Source: a virus (lineage: Duplodnaviria; Caudoviricetes). Taken from it: a DNA stretch of 57,461 nucleotides. Within the stretch, counting starts at the first letter, position 1. The number at the start of each line of letters is the position of its first letter. The DNA is taken from the IMG/VR virus record IMGVR_UViG_3300036987_000087, positions 1 through 57,461 of that record; one strand, written 5' to 3'. The notes beneath the pieces were generated by a model. The model made no database searches, was not told where the DNA came from, and worked only from the letters and a program-made list of their open reading frames with translations. A program made the position numbers and the translations under genes. Below, piece by piece: positions 44,472-54,514 of the stretch.

Positions 44472-45058
44472 TGCTCAGCCTCCCCTCGGAAGTCATCGCG
44501 ATCCTCGCCAGGGGCCCGGGACCGATACGCCATATGCTGCGCATCGATCTCCCTGATGGGCCCGAGGGTATTTGGTCGGGCACGCATGACGTCACGCTCG
44601 ATGACGTGACGTACATCAAGACCGCCGGCAACATGCAGCTGGACCCGATCAGCGGGTCCTCCGATCTCGATGCCGATCAACTGCGGGTCACGCTTTCAGG
44701 TGTGCTGTCGTCGGTCACGAGCCTGCTCGAAGGCGTGGCCTGGCATCAGCGGGCGGCGACGGTCTACCTCGCCTTTCTCGGCGAGGATGGAAACATCATT
44801 CACGCCATGCCGACGTTCTCGGGCTTCCTCGACACCCTTGTGGTCAGGGATGCGGTCGACGACGTCTCCACCATCGAGGCGATCATCGAGAGCAACAATC
44901 GCGAGCTATCCCGGTCCTATGGTCGGACGCGCTCGGATGCTGATCAGCGCTCCGTCTCTGCTGACGATGGGTTCTTCAAGTTCACCACGGCGGCGAATAC
45001 GGACGTCCAGATCGCATGGGGACGAAAGGGCCCGCAGTATCCTGTCCGTCCTAAGTAG
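44471..45058 (+). CDS. Minor tail/hub protein
   Basis: RSDADQR...DDGFFKF...IAWG. Confidence 0.7.
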   Translation: MLSLPSEVIAILARGPGPIRHMLRIDLPDGPEGIWSGTHDVTLDDVTYIKTAGNMQLDPISGSSDLDADQLRVTLSGVLSSVTSLLEGVAWHQRAATVYLAFLGEDGNIIHAMPTFSGFLDTLVVRDAVDDVSTIEAIIESNNRELSRSYGRTRSDADQRSVSADDGFFKFTTAANTDVQIAWGRKGPQYPVRPK

Positions 45059-45461
45059 GCGCCCGCGGGTCGACAACTGGCCGCGCCTGATGCGCGAGGC
45101 CATCGCACGCCACCATGGGCAGCCCTTTGCATGGGGGGCAAGCGACTGCACCATGTTTGCCGATGTCGTTCTGGCCATCACCGGGTTCGACCCGATCGCA
45201 GATTATCGCCGCTACACCACCGAGATCGGGGCGATGCGGATGCTCAAGAAGGCGGGCGTGACCTCGATGCTGGAATACGTCGCGCTGAATTTCCCAGAAA
45301 TCCCGCCGGCCCATGCTGGCCGGGGCGACCTTGCGTTTACGTCTGTCATTGAGCCGCTGGGTTGTCCTGCAGTTATCGACGGCGCGATGGCTCATTCAAA
45401 GATCGCTACGGGGCCGCTGGTTATTTCCCGCGCCCAAATCGACAGGGCCTTCGCCGTCTAA
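45042..45461 (+). CDS. NlpC/P60-like tail protein (DUF6950-like); start uncertain
   Basis: RVDNWPRL...PFAWGASDCTMFAD...TGFDP...RGDL. Confidence 0.7.
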   Translation: MSVLSRRPRVDNWPRLMREAIARHHGQPFAWGASDCTMFADVVLAITGFDPIADYRRYTTEIGAMRMLKKAGVTSMLEYVALNFPEIPPAHAGRGDLAFTSVIEPLGCPAVIDGAMAHSKIATGPLVISRAQIDRAFAV

Positions 45462-48067
45462 TGGCATTCCTTGCCCCTCTTCTTGTCCCGGTCCTCGGGA
45501 CAGTCGGCGCTGCGATTGCGGAGATCGCGATTGGCGTTGGGCTCGGCTACGCCGCCAAGAAGCTCATGCCGAAGCCGAAGTCATCGGCTTCCGATCGCTC
45601 GGCAGTGGAGGGCGGGCGAACACTTACGCTGACGCTCGACACCAACGCACCAAGGCAGGTGATCTTTGGTCGGGCCGCGACAGCCGGAAGTCTCGTTTAC
45701 TGGCAGACCGCGGGGGCTAACAATGCCGTGCTGCAGATGGTTGTCGCGCTGGCCGATCACGAGTGCCACGCGCTCGCGGGGCTATGGATCGACGGCAAAG
45801 AATGCTCTTGGAACTCGAGCACCAAAGAGGTTGAGGGCTACGGCGCCAATCTGAAGGTCCGGTTTTATAACGGCACCGCGACGCAGACTGTCGACACCGG
45901 AGTTCGGGACGCATCTGGAGGCGGGTGGACCGATGACGAGACGGGCCACAACGTCTGCTATGCTGTCGTCGAAGCGACCTACGATGAAACGCTGTTTCAG
46001 GGCGGCATCCCGCAGATCATATTCGTGGTCGACGGCGCCAAGCTCTACGATCCGCGCTTTGACACGTCTGTCGGTGGGGATGGTGACCAGAGATGGGCGG
46101 ATCAATCGACGTGGGTATTCTCGCGCAATTCTGCGGTCATAGCCTACAACGTGCTGCGCGGTTTCTCCGCCGGGGGTAAGCCCCTTCTAGGGCTCAATGC
46201 TCCCGCCGATGCAATCCGCCTGTCTGACTACGAGGCAGCGGCAAACATCTGCGATGAGGATGTGAACCTTTTGGCCGGCGGTTCGGAGCCGCGTTACGAG
46301 TGCGGCATCGTGGTGACGCTCACCGGACAGCCGAACCGCGAGGCGCTGGAAGCCGTGATCGCGTCCATGGCCGGTGACGTTATCTGCTGTGCGGGCATTT
46401 ACCGGATCATCGCTGGAGCAGCCCGGTCCTCGGTTGCGACGATCTCCGATGACGATCTGATCGTGGCAGAGCCGTTTACCTCCGAGCCGCGCATGTCGCG
46501 CGCTGAGTTGACGAATGCCGTCATGGGTTCATTCTCCGACCCATCACGGGGATACAACATGGTCCCCCTGCCGCCGCGCACATCGAGCGAGGATGAAACG
46601 GCAGACGGCGGCATTCGGCTGGCGCAAAGCATTGAACTGGGAGCGGTCCATTCGCGAACCCAAGGCCAGCGCATTATGGAGATGCTGCGCAAGCGCGCCC
46701 GGCGCCAGCTTCGGGCGAGTTTTACACTACGCTCGCGCTGGTTCGGGTTGGAGGTTGGAGACTGGATCACCGTCAACTCGACCCGTCGCGGGTACTCATC
46801 CAAAGTGTTCGAGATCGAGGGCTTCAAGCGCAACCCGGATTTGACGTCTACACCTCTACTGCGGGAGATGGACAGCGGCGTTGACGACTGGTCGACTTCT
46901 GACGAGCTCGCCGACGACACGTCGAACGATCTGCCGCCAGCCGGCCCGACGCTCACCAGCGTGTCGGATCTCAATGTCGATGCGGTAGTGATCACTGGTT
47001 CTGGTGCTTCGCAGATGCCTGGACTTATGGCCACATGGACGGCCATCACGGACCCGACCGTCGTCGCCATTCGCATCGAATATCGCAAAGTCGGAGATAC
47101 GGTAGCGCAGGAAAAGCGCGTCGAGCAGCCGGGGTCGGGTCAACACACTTGGACCGAAGGCATCCAGGGTGGTCTCGACTACGAAATCCGTGCCATCCCG
47201 GTCACCGTTCCGGAAAGGGCCGTGGACTGGACCGGATGGGTGCAAACGACGGACGCAACAGACCCTCTTACGGTTGACGTTGCCGCCGAGGTGCCGCCCG
47301 ACACCATCACCAAGGAGATGCTGGACCCTCAGGCGCGCTTGGAATTGGACCTTGTTACTCAGGCAGACGGCGCGTTCGGCTCCGTGCAGGCCGGGCTGAC
47401 GGAGGCGTTCCGTCAAATCGCCATCGCCAACGAGACGTCGGTTCGGGGCATGGTCGGCGCGCGGACGAACAAGGTCGCCATCCTCGTTGAGCAGACGCAG
47501 CGACTGACCGACAAGCAGGCATTCGCGCAACAGATCACGACGCTGCAAGCGGCCCTCGACAATACCTCGGCGCAGATCCAGGTTGAACAAACCGTGCGCG
47601 CCGAAGCCGACAGTTCATTGTCGAGCCAAATCACGACGGTTGCCGGCGCTGTTGCCGATCAGGCCGCATCGGTTGTTGTCATCCAAGAGGTCATCAACGG
47701 CATCGAGACGCGCTTTGGCGTTGCGGTGAACAATAACGGTCAGGTCATCGGGCTGATCTCCCTCGACGGCAGCCCCGCGGGGTCAACCTTCACCGTCGTG
47801 GCCGATAAGTTTCTCGTGGCACTCCCTGATGTAACGGGTGGCGATGCCGTACCGGTGTTCGCCATTCAGAACGTCAACGACTCTGCAAAGTTAGCCTTGC
47901 GCGGGGACATGGTTGCCGACGGGTCGATCCTGGCGCGTCACATCCAAGCGGTGACGCTGTCTGCGATATCGGCGGACCTTGGCGAAATCACAGCAGGCAT
48001 CATCCGGTCCAGCGACAACAAGATGCGTCTGGACTTCAACGGCAAGTCGTTCCGGATGACCTTCTGA
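45461..48067 (+). CDS. Tail tip / host specificity protein (gpJ-like)
   Basis: PRQVIFGRA...GAKLYDPR...AANICDE...FN3-like and coiled-coil segments, ADKF...DGSI. Confidence 0.85.
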   Translation: MAFLAPLLVPVLGTVGAAIAEIAIGVGLGYAAKKLMPKPKSSASDRSAVEGGRTLTLTLDTNAPRQVIFGRAATAGSLVYWQTAGANNAVLQMVVALADHECHALAGLWIDGKECSWNSSTKEVEGYGANLKVRFYNGTATQTVDTGVRDASGGGWTDDETGHNVCYAVVEATYDETLFQGGIPQIIFVVDGAKLYDPRFDTSVGGDGDQRWADQSTWVFSRNSAVIAYNVLRGFSAGGKPLLGLNAPADAIRLSDYEAAANICDEDVNLLAGGSEPRYECGIVVTLTGQPNREALEAVIASMAGDVICCAGIYRIIAGAARSSVATISDDDLIVAEPFTSEPRMSRAELTNAVMGSFSDPSRGYNMVPLPPRTSSEDETADGGIRLAQSIELGAVHSRTQGQRIMEMLRKRARRQLRASFTLRSRWFGLEVGDWITVNSTRRGYSSKVFEIEGFKRNPDLTSTPLLREMDSGVDDWSTSDELADDTSNDLPPAGPTLTSVSDLNVDAVVITGSGASQMPGLMATWTAITDPTVVAIRIEYRKVGDTVAQEKRVEQPGSGQHTWTEGIQGGLDYEIRAIPVTVPERAVDWTGWVQTTDATDPLTVDVAAEVPPDTITKEMLDPQARLELDLVTQADGAFGSVQAGLTEAFRQIAIANETSVRGMVGARTNKVAILVEQTQRLTDKQAFAQQITTLQAALDNTSAQIQVEQTVRAEADSSLSSQITTVAGAVADQAASVVVIQEVINGIETRFGVAVNNNGQVIGLISLDGSPAGSTFTVVADKFLVALPDVTGGDAVPVFAIQNVNDSAKLALRGDMVADGSILARHIQAVTLSAISADLGEITAGIIRSSDNKMRLDFNGKSFRMTF

Positions 48068-48831
48068 TGTCGTACTTCCTCGCTCAAGACGGCAAGGTCG
48101 CGATCTACACCGGGGATGACGACGCGCCGTTCTCTAACCCGCTGGGCAACCTTCCGAGGGTGCTCTTTCACTCGGACCTTCAGTACCCTGCAATCGTTAG
48201 TGAGAGGTCAGGCACGCTGTCTCTGCCCGGCCGCGGCGGCAACTCGATCGGATGGGCTGCGCACAACCTCTTTGCCCACGGCCGCACAGGGACGCCACTC
48301 GTTCTGGGCTATGTCGTTATTGGCGGTCTTCGGCAGCGCATCGCCGGCTCGGTGCCCATTCAGGGCAACAGCCGAGGGTGGGCACGGTGGCTGTCTGTTG
48401 GTGCAGATACGACCAACGTCAAGATGGCCGAGTTCTGGGCAGCGGGCGGGTCGGGCGGTGGTGCATATGGTGCGATCAGTCTGGCGTGGCGGGTGTTCGT
48501 TCTGGAAACCACATTCGAGGCGACGCCGGAGCTTACAGACGAGGCGGTCTATATAGACCCGACCGATTTCCGCGCTGGCAGAGGCAAGTTCGACGCGCGC
48601 AAGCGTTACCTGCGTAACGGCAACACCTTGCAGAATTTCCCCATTGCGCGCGGTCGGACCTGCGTCATCGGGACGGCCCAGCCGAGCAACTTTCCGATGG
48701 TGACGCTCACGTTTGCCCTCGCGGGGCAGTCGTTCGCCACGAACTTCAGTTTCTCGCCCGCGCCTGGCCAGAACGTCACCGTTTCGGGTCCGTCCTATGG
48801 GGGGCCAAGCTACTCACTCGTGACGACATGA
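48067..48831 (+). CDS. Minor tail protein
   Basis: Coupled to the J-like gene; FHSDLQY. Confidence 0.6.
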   Translation: MSYFLAQDGKVAIYTGDDDAPFSNPLGNLPRVLFHSDLQYPAIVSERSGTLSLPGRGGNSIGWAAHNLFAHGRTGTPLVLGYVVIGGLRQRIAGSVPIQGNSRGWARWLSVGADTTNVKMAEFWAAGGSGGGAYGAISLAWRVFVLETTFEATPELTDEAVYIDPTDFRAGRGKFDARKRYLRNGNTLQNFPIARGRTCVIGTAQPSNFPMVTLTFALAGQSFATNFSFSPAPGQNVTVSGPSYGGPSYSLVTT

Positions 48832-49385
48832 CGACGATCATTCAGCCAGGCGGGATGACGGTTGTCGATTACTCTGTCGATCCGCCGGTCATCGTGTTCG
48901 ACAGCAACGAGAAGTTGCTCGCGGGAACGGAACCTGGAACCGGTTGGCTTGTCGGGAGCGTCACTCTTCCTGCGCGGACGGCCCGCATTGAAGAGGGTGA
49001 CTCAAACAGAAGAACCAATGTCAACGTCGACAACTACCATGCGGTTGCGGCGATCAACGTCAACGCGGATATCGTGCTTGGCTGTTTTCGCGTGACGACC
49101 TTCGGCGGCACTCAGGGCATCGCGGCGATCCCAGGCATATTCGACGCTGGCGGCACGTACATCCACACCCAGGAGGGCGGCAGCCTGTTCTCAAATCCTG
49201 GCGTGCCAACCTACGAACACATCGCGGCCATGGCGGCCTACACGTTTATTGCGAGCGGCGGCGTTCTCTATCTCAGCGAGCGGGCCTTTATCTCCTGCTC
49301 ATCCAACACGCTGGGCCTCACCATCACGCGCACGCTGCTGTCGATCCGGTTCGACTTCAAGATCTACGTCGGCACGCTCACCTAA
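48828..49385 (+). CDS. Minor tail protein
   Basis: Coupled; VFDSNEK. Confidence 0.6.
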   Translation: MTTIIQPGGMTVVDYSVDPPVIVFDSNEKLLAGTEPGTGWLVGSVTLPARTARIEEGDSNRRTNVNVDNYHAVAAINVNADIVLGCFRVTTFGGTQGIAAIPGIFDAGGTYIHTQEGGSLFSNPGVPTYEHIAAMAAYTFIASGGVLYLSERAFISCSSNTLGLTITRTLLSIRFDFKIYVGTLT

Positions 49386-49400
49386 CCATCGGGACATCGC

Positions 49401-51140
49401 ATGGCTCTGCATAGACGCTGGTACCGCGCCGGCACGATCGCTGTCGAGAACGGCTCGACGACCGTAGCCGGCACCCTCACTGCATGGCTAGCCAGTGTGC
49501 GCGAGGGCGACAGCCTGTTTCATCTCGCCAGCATGACCGTCATTGAGGTCGCGGCGGTCAATGACAACAACGAGATTGAGCTCGGAGACCCGTGGCCCGG
49601 CACGACGATCTCGGGGGCCGCATACGCCATTATTCCAAGCTCTCCCGGCTGGGGTCAGACTGCAGATCTTGCGAAGCAGTTTGAAGCGCTCATCGACAGC
49701 CAGACAGACATCTTTTCCGGCGAAGGCGTGCCGTCGAACGAGCTTGGCGGGGACGGCTCGGTTTATGTTCGCACCGATGAGCCGAAGCTTTACAAGAAGG
49801 CCGCGGGTGAGTGGGACAGCGGCATCACGATGGTGGGCCCGACAGGAGCGGTAGGCCCGGGCTTCAACGCGACGAGCACAACGAGCGTCGACATTGGAGC
49901 TGGCAGCAAGTCGCTCACGATCGGCACTGGATTTGGTTACGCGGCCGGCATGCGCGTTCGGGCGACCGCCTCCAGTGACCCGACAAAATGGATCGAGGGC
50001 ATCGTCACTGCGTATTCTGGCGGTGTCCTGGTGTTCACCGCCGATCTGACCGGTGGCTCCGGCACGATCAATTCATGGGTCATCAATACGGCGGGCGAGC
50101 GCGGCGCCGTCGGCGCTACCGGGCCGAGCTATGCGGCTACATCCACCACCAGCCTTGCAATTGGAACTGGCTCAAAGGCATTCACGACGCAAGCCGGGCT
50201 CGCCTACGTGGTCGGTTCTCGCGTCCGCGCCGCTTCGGCGGCAGACCCGAGCAATTTCATGGAGGGCGTGTGCTCTGGATATTCGAGCACGACGCTGACG
50301 CTCAACGTCGATCTCGTCGGCGGGTCTGGAACGCTGGCCGACTGGAACCTCTCGCTCGCGGGGCAGCGCGGCGTTACCGGCGCCAGCTACGCGGCCACCA
50401 GCACCACGAGCCGTAACCTTGGCACCGGGTCGATGTCATTCACGGTGCAAGCCAACCTTGCCATTGTCGTCGGCACGCGCATTCGCGGGGCATCGAACGC
50501 GAACCCATCGACCAAGTGGCTCGAAGGTGTCGTGACCGCGTATGCCGGGGCATCGCTCACTATCCTTTCCGACCTCTTTATGGGTTCGGGTGCGGTCACC
50601 GATTGGAACTTCTCCGTTGCGGGCGAACGAGGGCAGCAGGGCTTTACCGGCTACGCATCGACCAGCACCACGAGCCGCACGGTTTCGACCGGCTCCAAGG
50701 CATTCACCGTCGGCACTGGCTACGGCTATCAGGCCGGCATGCGCCTGCGCGCATCGTCGACTGCCGATCCGACGGTTTTCGTCGAGGGCGTCGTTACGGC
50801 CTATTCCGGCGGCGACGTGACAATCACAGCCGACAAGGTCGGCGGGTCTGGCACTGTCGCTTCGTGGAACATCAACCCCGCGGGTCAGCCGGGAATCGAC
50901 GGCGCCGGCGCCGGTACGGTGACGCAGATCGATGCCGAGGGCGGTATCGAGGTGGTTGCTGGGGGCTCGATCACTTCAACGGGCGCCTTGCGCCTCGTCG
51001 ATACCGCCGTCGATCCCGGTAGCTACGGCGGCGGGCTCACCGTCCCGGTCATCACCGTCGATCAAAAGGGCCGACTGACAGGCGTAACCACCGCGTCCAT
51101 CCCTGACCCGGTGGCCATGGCCATCGTCTTCGGAGCTTAA
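49401..51140 (+). CDS. Tail fibre with four internal repeats of about 87 aa
   Basis: WYRAGTIAVENGSTTV N-terminus; ATSTTS...GSK.FT...EG.VTAY...W...AG.RG four times. Confidence 0.8.
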   Translation: MALHRRWYRAGTIAVENGSTTVAGTLTAWLASVREGDSLFHLASMTVIEVAAVNDNNEIELGDPWPGTTISGAAYAIIPSSPGWGQTADLAKQFEALIDSQTDIFSGEGVPSNELGGDGSVYVRTDEPKLYKKAAGEWDSGITMVGPTGAVGPGFNATSTTSVDIGAGSKSLTIGTGFGYAAGMRVRATASSDPTKWIEGIVTAYSGGVLVFTADLTGGSGTINSWVINTAGERGAVGATGPSYAATSTTSLAIGTGSKAFTTQAGLAYVVGSRVRAASAADPSNFMEGVCSGYSSTTLTLNVDLVGGSGTLADWNLSLAGQRGVTGASYAATSTTSRNLGTGSMSFTVQANLAIVVGTRIRGASNANPSTKWLEGVVTAYAGASLTILSDLFMGSGAVTDWNFSVAGERGQQGFTGYASTSTTSRTVSTGSKAFTVGTGYGYQAGMRLRASSTADPTVFVEGVVTAYSGGDVTITADKVGGSGTVASWNINPAGQPGIDGAGAGTVTQIDAEGGIEVVAGGSITSTGALRLVDTAVDPGSYGGGLTVPVITVDQKGRLTGVTTASIPDPVAMAIVFGA

Positions 51141-51146
51141 GACCTC

Positions 51147-52124
51147 ATGGCATTCAAATCTCTCGCGGTGCCGGTTCTCACGACCGACACCGAAGTCATC
51201 GTGTGCCCGGCAACGATGGAAGGTGCAGCGGTGCTCGCCATCTCCAACGTCACCGGGGGCGCGTCTACCGTGACCGTCAATGTCTATCGGCAGGCGACGG
51301 CCACGACCGTGACGTTATCTGCGGCATTGGCTGTTGCCGCCAACACGACGATCAAGTACCCGGCCCCGATATCGCTCGAAGCTGGCGACAAGATCATCAT
51401 GACGGCGCCGTCGAACTCGATCATCGTCGCGGGCGGCACATTCACGTTCTCAGCGGCAACCCCGGCTGCTGTCGGGTTCACGCCGATGGGGGAATGGTCG
51501 GGACTGACCACCTACGATCGCAACGACGTTGTCAGCTTCACGGACGGAAACTCTTACGTCTCTCGTGTCGACGACAACCTCGACAACCAGCCGGACGAGA
51601 ACACGAACGAGTGGATGGTGCTGGCTGAGAAGGGCGCACCTGGGGATGACGGCGCTGGTGACGTTTCTTCGAGCCTGACGCTAACCGCTGGAACAGGGCT
51701 CACGGGTGGCGGCGACCTTTCGACTAACCGCACCTTCGCCGTCGACAAGGCGTCAGACGCCAATATGCGGGCTGCTACGTCCAACAAAGTTGTGACGAGC
51801 GACCTGATTGAAAGCGCCTCGGCTCTCGTGGCGTTGACCGATGCCGCTCCCGTCGCGGTCGATTGGGATGCCGGGGTCAATTTCTCTCTGACCGTCACGG
51901 CTGCCCGGCAAATCGGCAACCCCACAAACGGACAGCCTGGAACGTGGCGGACGATCCTTGTACAAGGCAACGACGGCACGGATCGCACCATCACCTTCGG
52001 CAACCAATTCCTCGGCGCAGTGCCAACGATCACCGACTGCGACAATAATAAATGGTACTTGCTGATGATCTTCTGTGTGACCACGACGCACTTCGTCGTC
52101 TCCAAGCAAGTCGCCAAATCGTAA
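51147..52124 (+). CDS. Second tail fibre/receptor-binding subunit
   Basis: GEWSGLTTYDRNDVV (CBM-like), TAGTGLTGGGDLS, NPTNGQPG...QGNDGTDRTITFG. Confidence 0.7.
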   Translation: MAFKSLAVPVLTTDTEVIVCPATMEGAAVLAISNVTGGASTVTVNVYRQATATTVTLSAALAVAANTTIKYPAPISLEAGDKIIMTAPSNSIIVAGGTFTFSAATPAAVGFTPMGEWSGLTTYDRNDVVSFTDGNSYVSRVDDNLDNQPDENTNEWMVLAEKGAPGDDGAGDVSSSLTLTAGTGLTGGGDLSTNRTFAVDKASDANMRAATSNKVVTSDLIESASALVALTDAAPVAVDWDAGVNFSLTVTAARQIGNPTNGQPGTWRTILVQGNDGTDRTITFGNQFLGAVPTITDCDNNKWYLLMIFCVTTTHFVVSKQVAKS

Positions 52125-52135
52125 AGGACTAAGCG

Positions 52136-52375
52136 ATGTCTGTCACTCCCGCCGCATACGCGACGCGCTTCCGCATTGAGATCGCCCCGAACGGCAATAC
52201 CAAGCTGCTGTTCGGGGAGTCCGATGGCGGGGGCGCGGACGTATTCCACGTTGGTGCTGTGCTTGGTCTCGCTGATGTCAAGGAGTTCGCCGGCGTGCTT
52301 GCCGCGACGATAGCCCAGCATGAGGCGAAGCCAGCGATCGCTGCCGCCGGCGAGAACGTCAAACCCATCAGGTAA
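52136..52375 (+). CDS. Hypothetical protein
   Basis: AAGGA SD, in the fibre module. Confidence 0.6.
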   Translation: MSVTPAAYATRFRIEIAPNGNTKLLFGESDGGGADVFHVGAVLGLADVKEFAGVLAATIAQHEAKPAIAAAGENVKPIR

Positions 52376-52382
52376 GCCAAAC

Positions 52383-53333
52383 ATGCTCAGCCTCTTCTCG
52401 ACGGTGCCCTGGTCGGCGCCGATGGCACCCTTGCGCCTTCCGCGTCTCCGCATGCCCCGCGGCCCTCGCTGGGGCTGGCATGCGTTCGTTGCCGGTCTTG
52501 TGCTGGCTGCCGTCGTCTCGATGCTGCCCGGAATGTTCCCGGGTGGCGCAGCGGGCGGCGGTCTTGGCGACAGCACGGGCGGAACGATCACGACATCGGG
52601 CGGCTACCGCATCCACACGTTTACCTCGTCGGGGACGTTCACGGCGAGCGGTGACGGGACGGTTGAGTATCTGATCGTTGCCGGCGGTGGCGGCGGCTCA
52701 AGCGGCGGCGGCGGCGCCGGGGGCGTCCTTGCGGGGACGGTGCCGGTAAGTGCCGGTTCCTACACCGTCACCGTGGGAGCCGGCGGGGCGGGCGGCAACG
52801 CATCGTCATCGCCGGGCTCGCAAGGCGGCTCGTCGGTCTTCGATGCCATCAGCACCACGGGCGGCGGCGGCGGCGCATACGTCAACGCCGCGAACCCAAA
52901 CGCCAACGGCGGGTCGGGCGGCGGTGGCGCCGCGGGCAACGCCACGGGCGGTGGGGGTGGAACGGGCGTTGGCGGGCAGGGCTACAACGGCGGCACGAAT
53001 GCCAACAACGCCTCCCCGTTCCCAAGTGCCGGCGGCGGCGGCGCCGGCGCCGTAGGCGGGGACACGTCAGCCGGCGTATCCGGCAATGGTGGCACTGGTA
53101 TTTCAAGCGCGATCACCGGGAGCACACAATTCTACGCTGGCGGCGGTGGCGGCTCGCTATTCTCCGGCTCCGGCGGGGGAGCGGGCGGGTCGGGCGTTGG
53201 GGGCGCTGGTGGCAGCGGCGGCGCTGGGTCCGCCGGGGTGGTCAACACGGGTAGCGGCGGCGGTGGCGCCGCGTCGGCAAGTGCCGGCGGCGCCGGTAGC
53301 GCTGGGCTTGTGGTCGTTCGCTATGCTGAATAA
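52383..53333 (+). CDS. Glycine-rich domain tail-associated protein
   Basis: YRIHTFTSSGTF...VEYLIVAGGGGG...GSAGLVVVRY; start may be 52521. Confidence 0.8.
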   Translation: MLSLFSTVPWSAPMAPLRLPRLRMPRGPRWGWHAFVAGLVLAAVVSMLPGMFPGGAAGGGLGDSTGGTITTSGGYRIHTFTSSGTFTASGDGTVEYLIVAGGGGGSSGGGGAGGVLAGTVPVSAGSYTVTVGAGGAGGNASSSPGSQGGSSVFDAISTTGGGGGAYVNAANPNANGGSGGGGAAGNATGGGGGTGVGGQGYNGGTNANNASPFPSAGGGGAGAVGGDTSAGVSGNGGTGISSAITGSTQFYAGGGGGSLFSGSGGGAGGSGVGGAGGSGGAGSAGVVNTGSGGGGAASASAGGAGSAGLVVVRYAE

Positions 53334-54446
53334 TCCTAACGCCGCGTCGAGCGCCGCGACCGCGGGGCCATCGACCGCTGCATAGAATACAGCGGCGGCG
53401 CCGAAAGCCATCATGACGCAGACCGCTAGCGTGACAACGGCGGCCAGCGAGTAGCCCACAACGGGCAGCAACGCAGAGAAGACCGGCGGGGCGATAACCG
53501 CCAAGACGACAAGATGCGTAAGGTAGAGGGAGAACGACAACGCCCCGAGCCGCCGAAAAACCGGGGCCGAAAGCGCCCTTTTGAAACTCGCGGTCGATAA
53601 GACCGCCCATACCGTCAGCGTAGCGGCGAGGCATACGGAAAGCACCAAGGGGCTCACCTTAAAAAACTTGAGCGGGCCGATCCAGGCGTGCCACCAGTTC
53701 GGATGGCCGCAGCTGGCAAGATTGAACGCCGCGAATAGAGCGACCAGTCCCAGCCACAGCGGTATGGGCGCCGGTTTGTATTGCGCCAAGCACATCCCCA
53801 CGAGGAACAAAGAAAGCCAAGCGCCGATATCGGCGAGGGCCCAACAAAGCCCTAACGCAATGGCGATGTACACGACGGGCTGGCCCCGCCCGAAATGCGG
53901 TGAAAGAAGACACAGCGCGAAAACAAGCACTGAGCCGTAGGTTTCCACCAGCATCGTCCACAGGACGGGATTGATGGGCGCCCATTCTACAAAGAATGCC
54001 GTAAAAGCACTTTGGCGGATAGCCTCCGCGAGTGTCGGCTTGTCGGTTGGCAGCGCCGCCTTGATCCACGAGGAAAGGTCGGCGACGGCTGGGGCCTGAA
54101 ATAAATCGGCGGATGCGGCCGCCCACACAAGAACCGCGGATGCAACCGCCGGGATTGCCAGCCTCGGATACCGCCTAAGCGCGAGGCGCTTAATTGCGCG
54201 TGGATTCTTGGTTGCCCAATATCCGCAGCTCAACACATAGCCGGATAGAACAAAAAACACGGCCACGGCGTAGCTACCGTTGTAAAGCGCCGATATCGGC
54301 AGATTATAAACGGTAATCTCAAAGCCTGTTTTTACGGCGTCTGGCGTGCCCGAATGCAACGCGGGCCAAAAGACCAGAAATAGGTGCGAAAAAAGGACGG
54401 TGGTTGCCGCGATGCCTCGCAGACCGTCGAGATAAGCGATCCGCAT
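53157..54446 (-). CDS. Acyltransferase-3 (OafA-like) O-acyltransferase moron
   Basis: YLDGLRGIAA...H...AVAVFFVLSGYVL...RRYPRL...LWTM..E...LGALSFSLYLTH; many TM helices; AT-richer; opposite strand. Confidence 0.92.
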   Translation of the reverse strand: MRIAYLDGLRGIAATTVLFSHLFLVFWPALHSGTPDAVKTGFEITVYNLPISALYNGSYAVAVFFVLSGYVLSCGYWATKNPRAIKRLALRRYPRLAIPAVASAVLVWAAASADLFQAPAVADLSSWIKAALPTDKPTLAEAIRQSAFTAFFVEWAPINPVLWTMLVETYGSVLVFALCLLSPHFGRGQPVVYIAIALGLCWALADIGAWLSLFLVGMCLAQYKPAPIPLWLGLVALFAAFNLASCGHPNWWHAWIGPLKFFKVSPLVLSVCLAATLTVWAVLSTASFKRALSAPVFRRLGALSFSLYLTHLVVLAVIAPPVFSALLPVVGYSLAAVVTLAVCVMMAFGAAAVFYAAVDGPAVAALDAALGLFSIANDHKPSATGAAGTCRRGATAAATRVDHPGGPSAAAATSAPNARPARSPAGAGE

Positions 54447-54514
54447 TGCCCCCTGCCCCCGCGGCCCCTCAAGCGACGCTTGCCGCACCATTAACACTAG
54501 CATCGGAGATTACC

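Noticed and set aside
52680-53310. GGC-rich low-complexity repeats
   Set aside because: Explained by the glycine-rich protein
49401-53333. Diversity-generating retroelement or invertible fibre cassette
   Set aside because: No reverse transcriptase, TR/VR pair or flanking inverted sites seen; the resolvase-like gene is distant and degenerate
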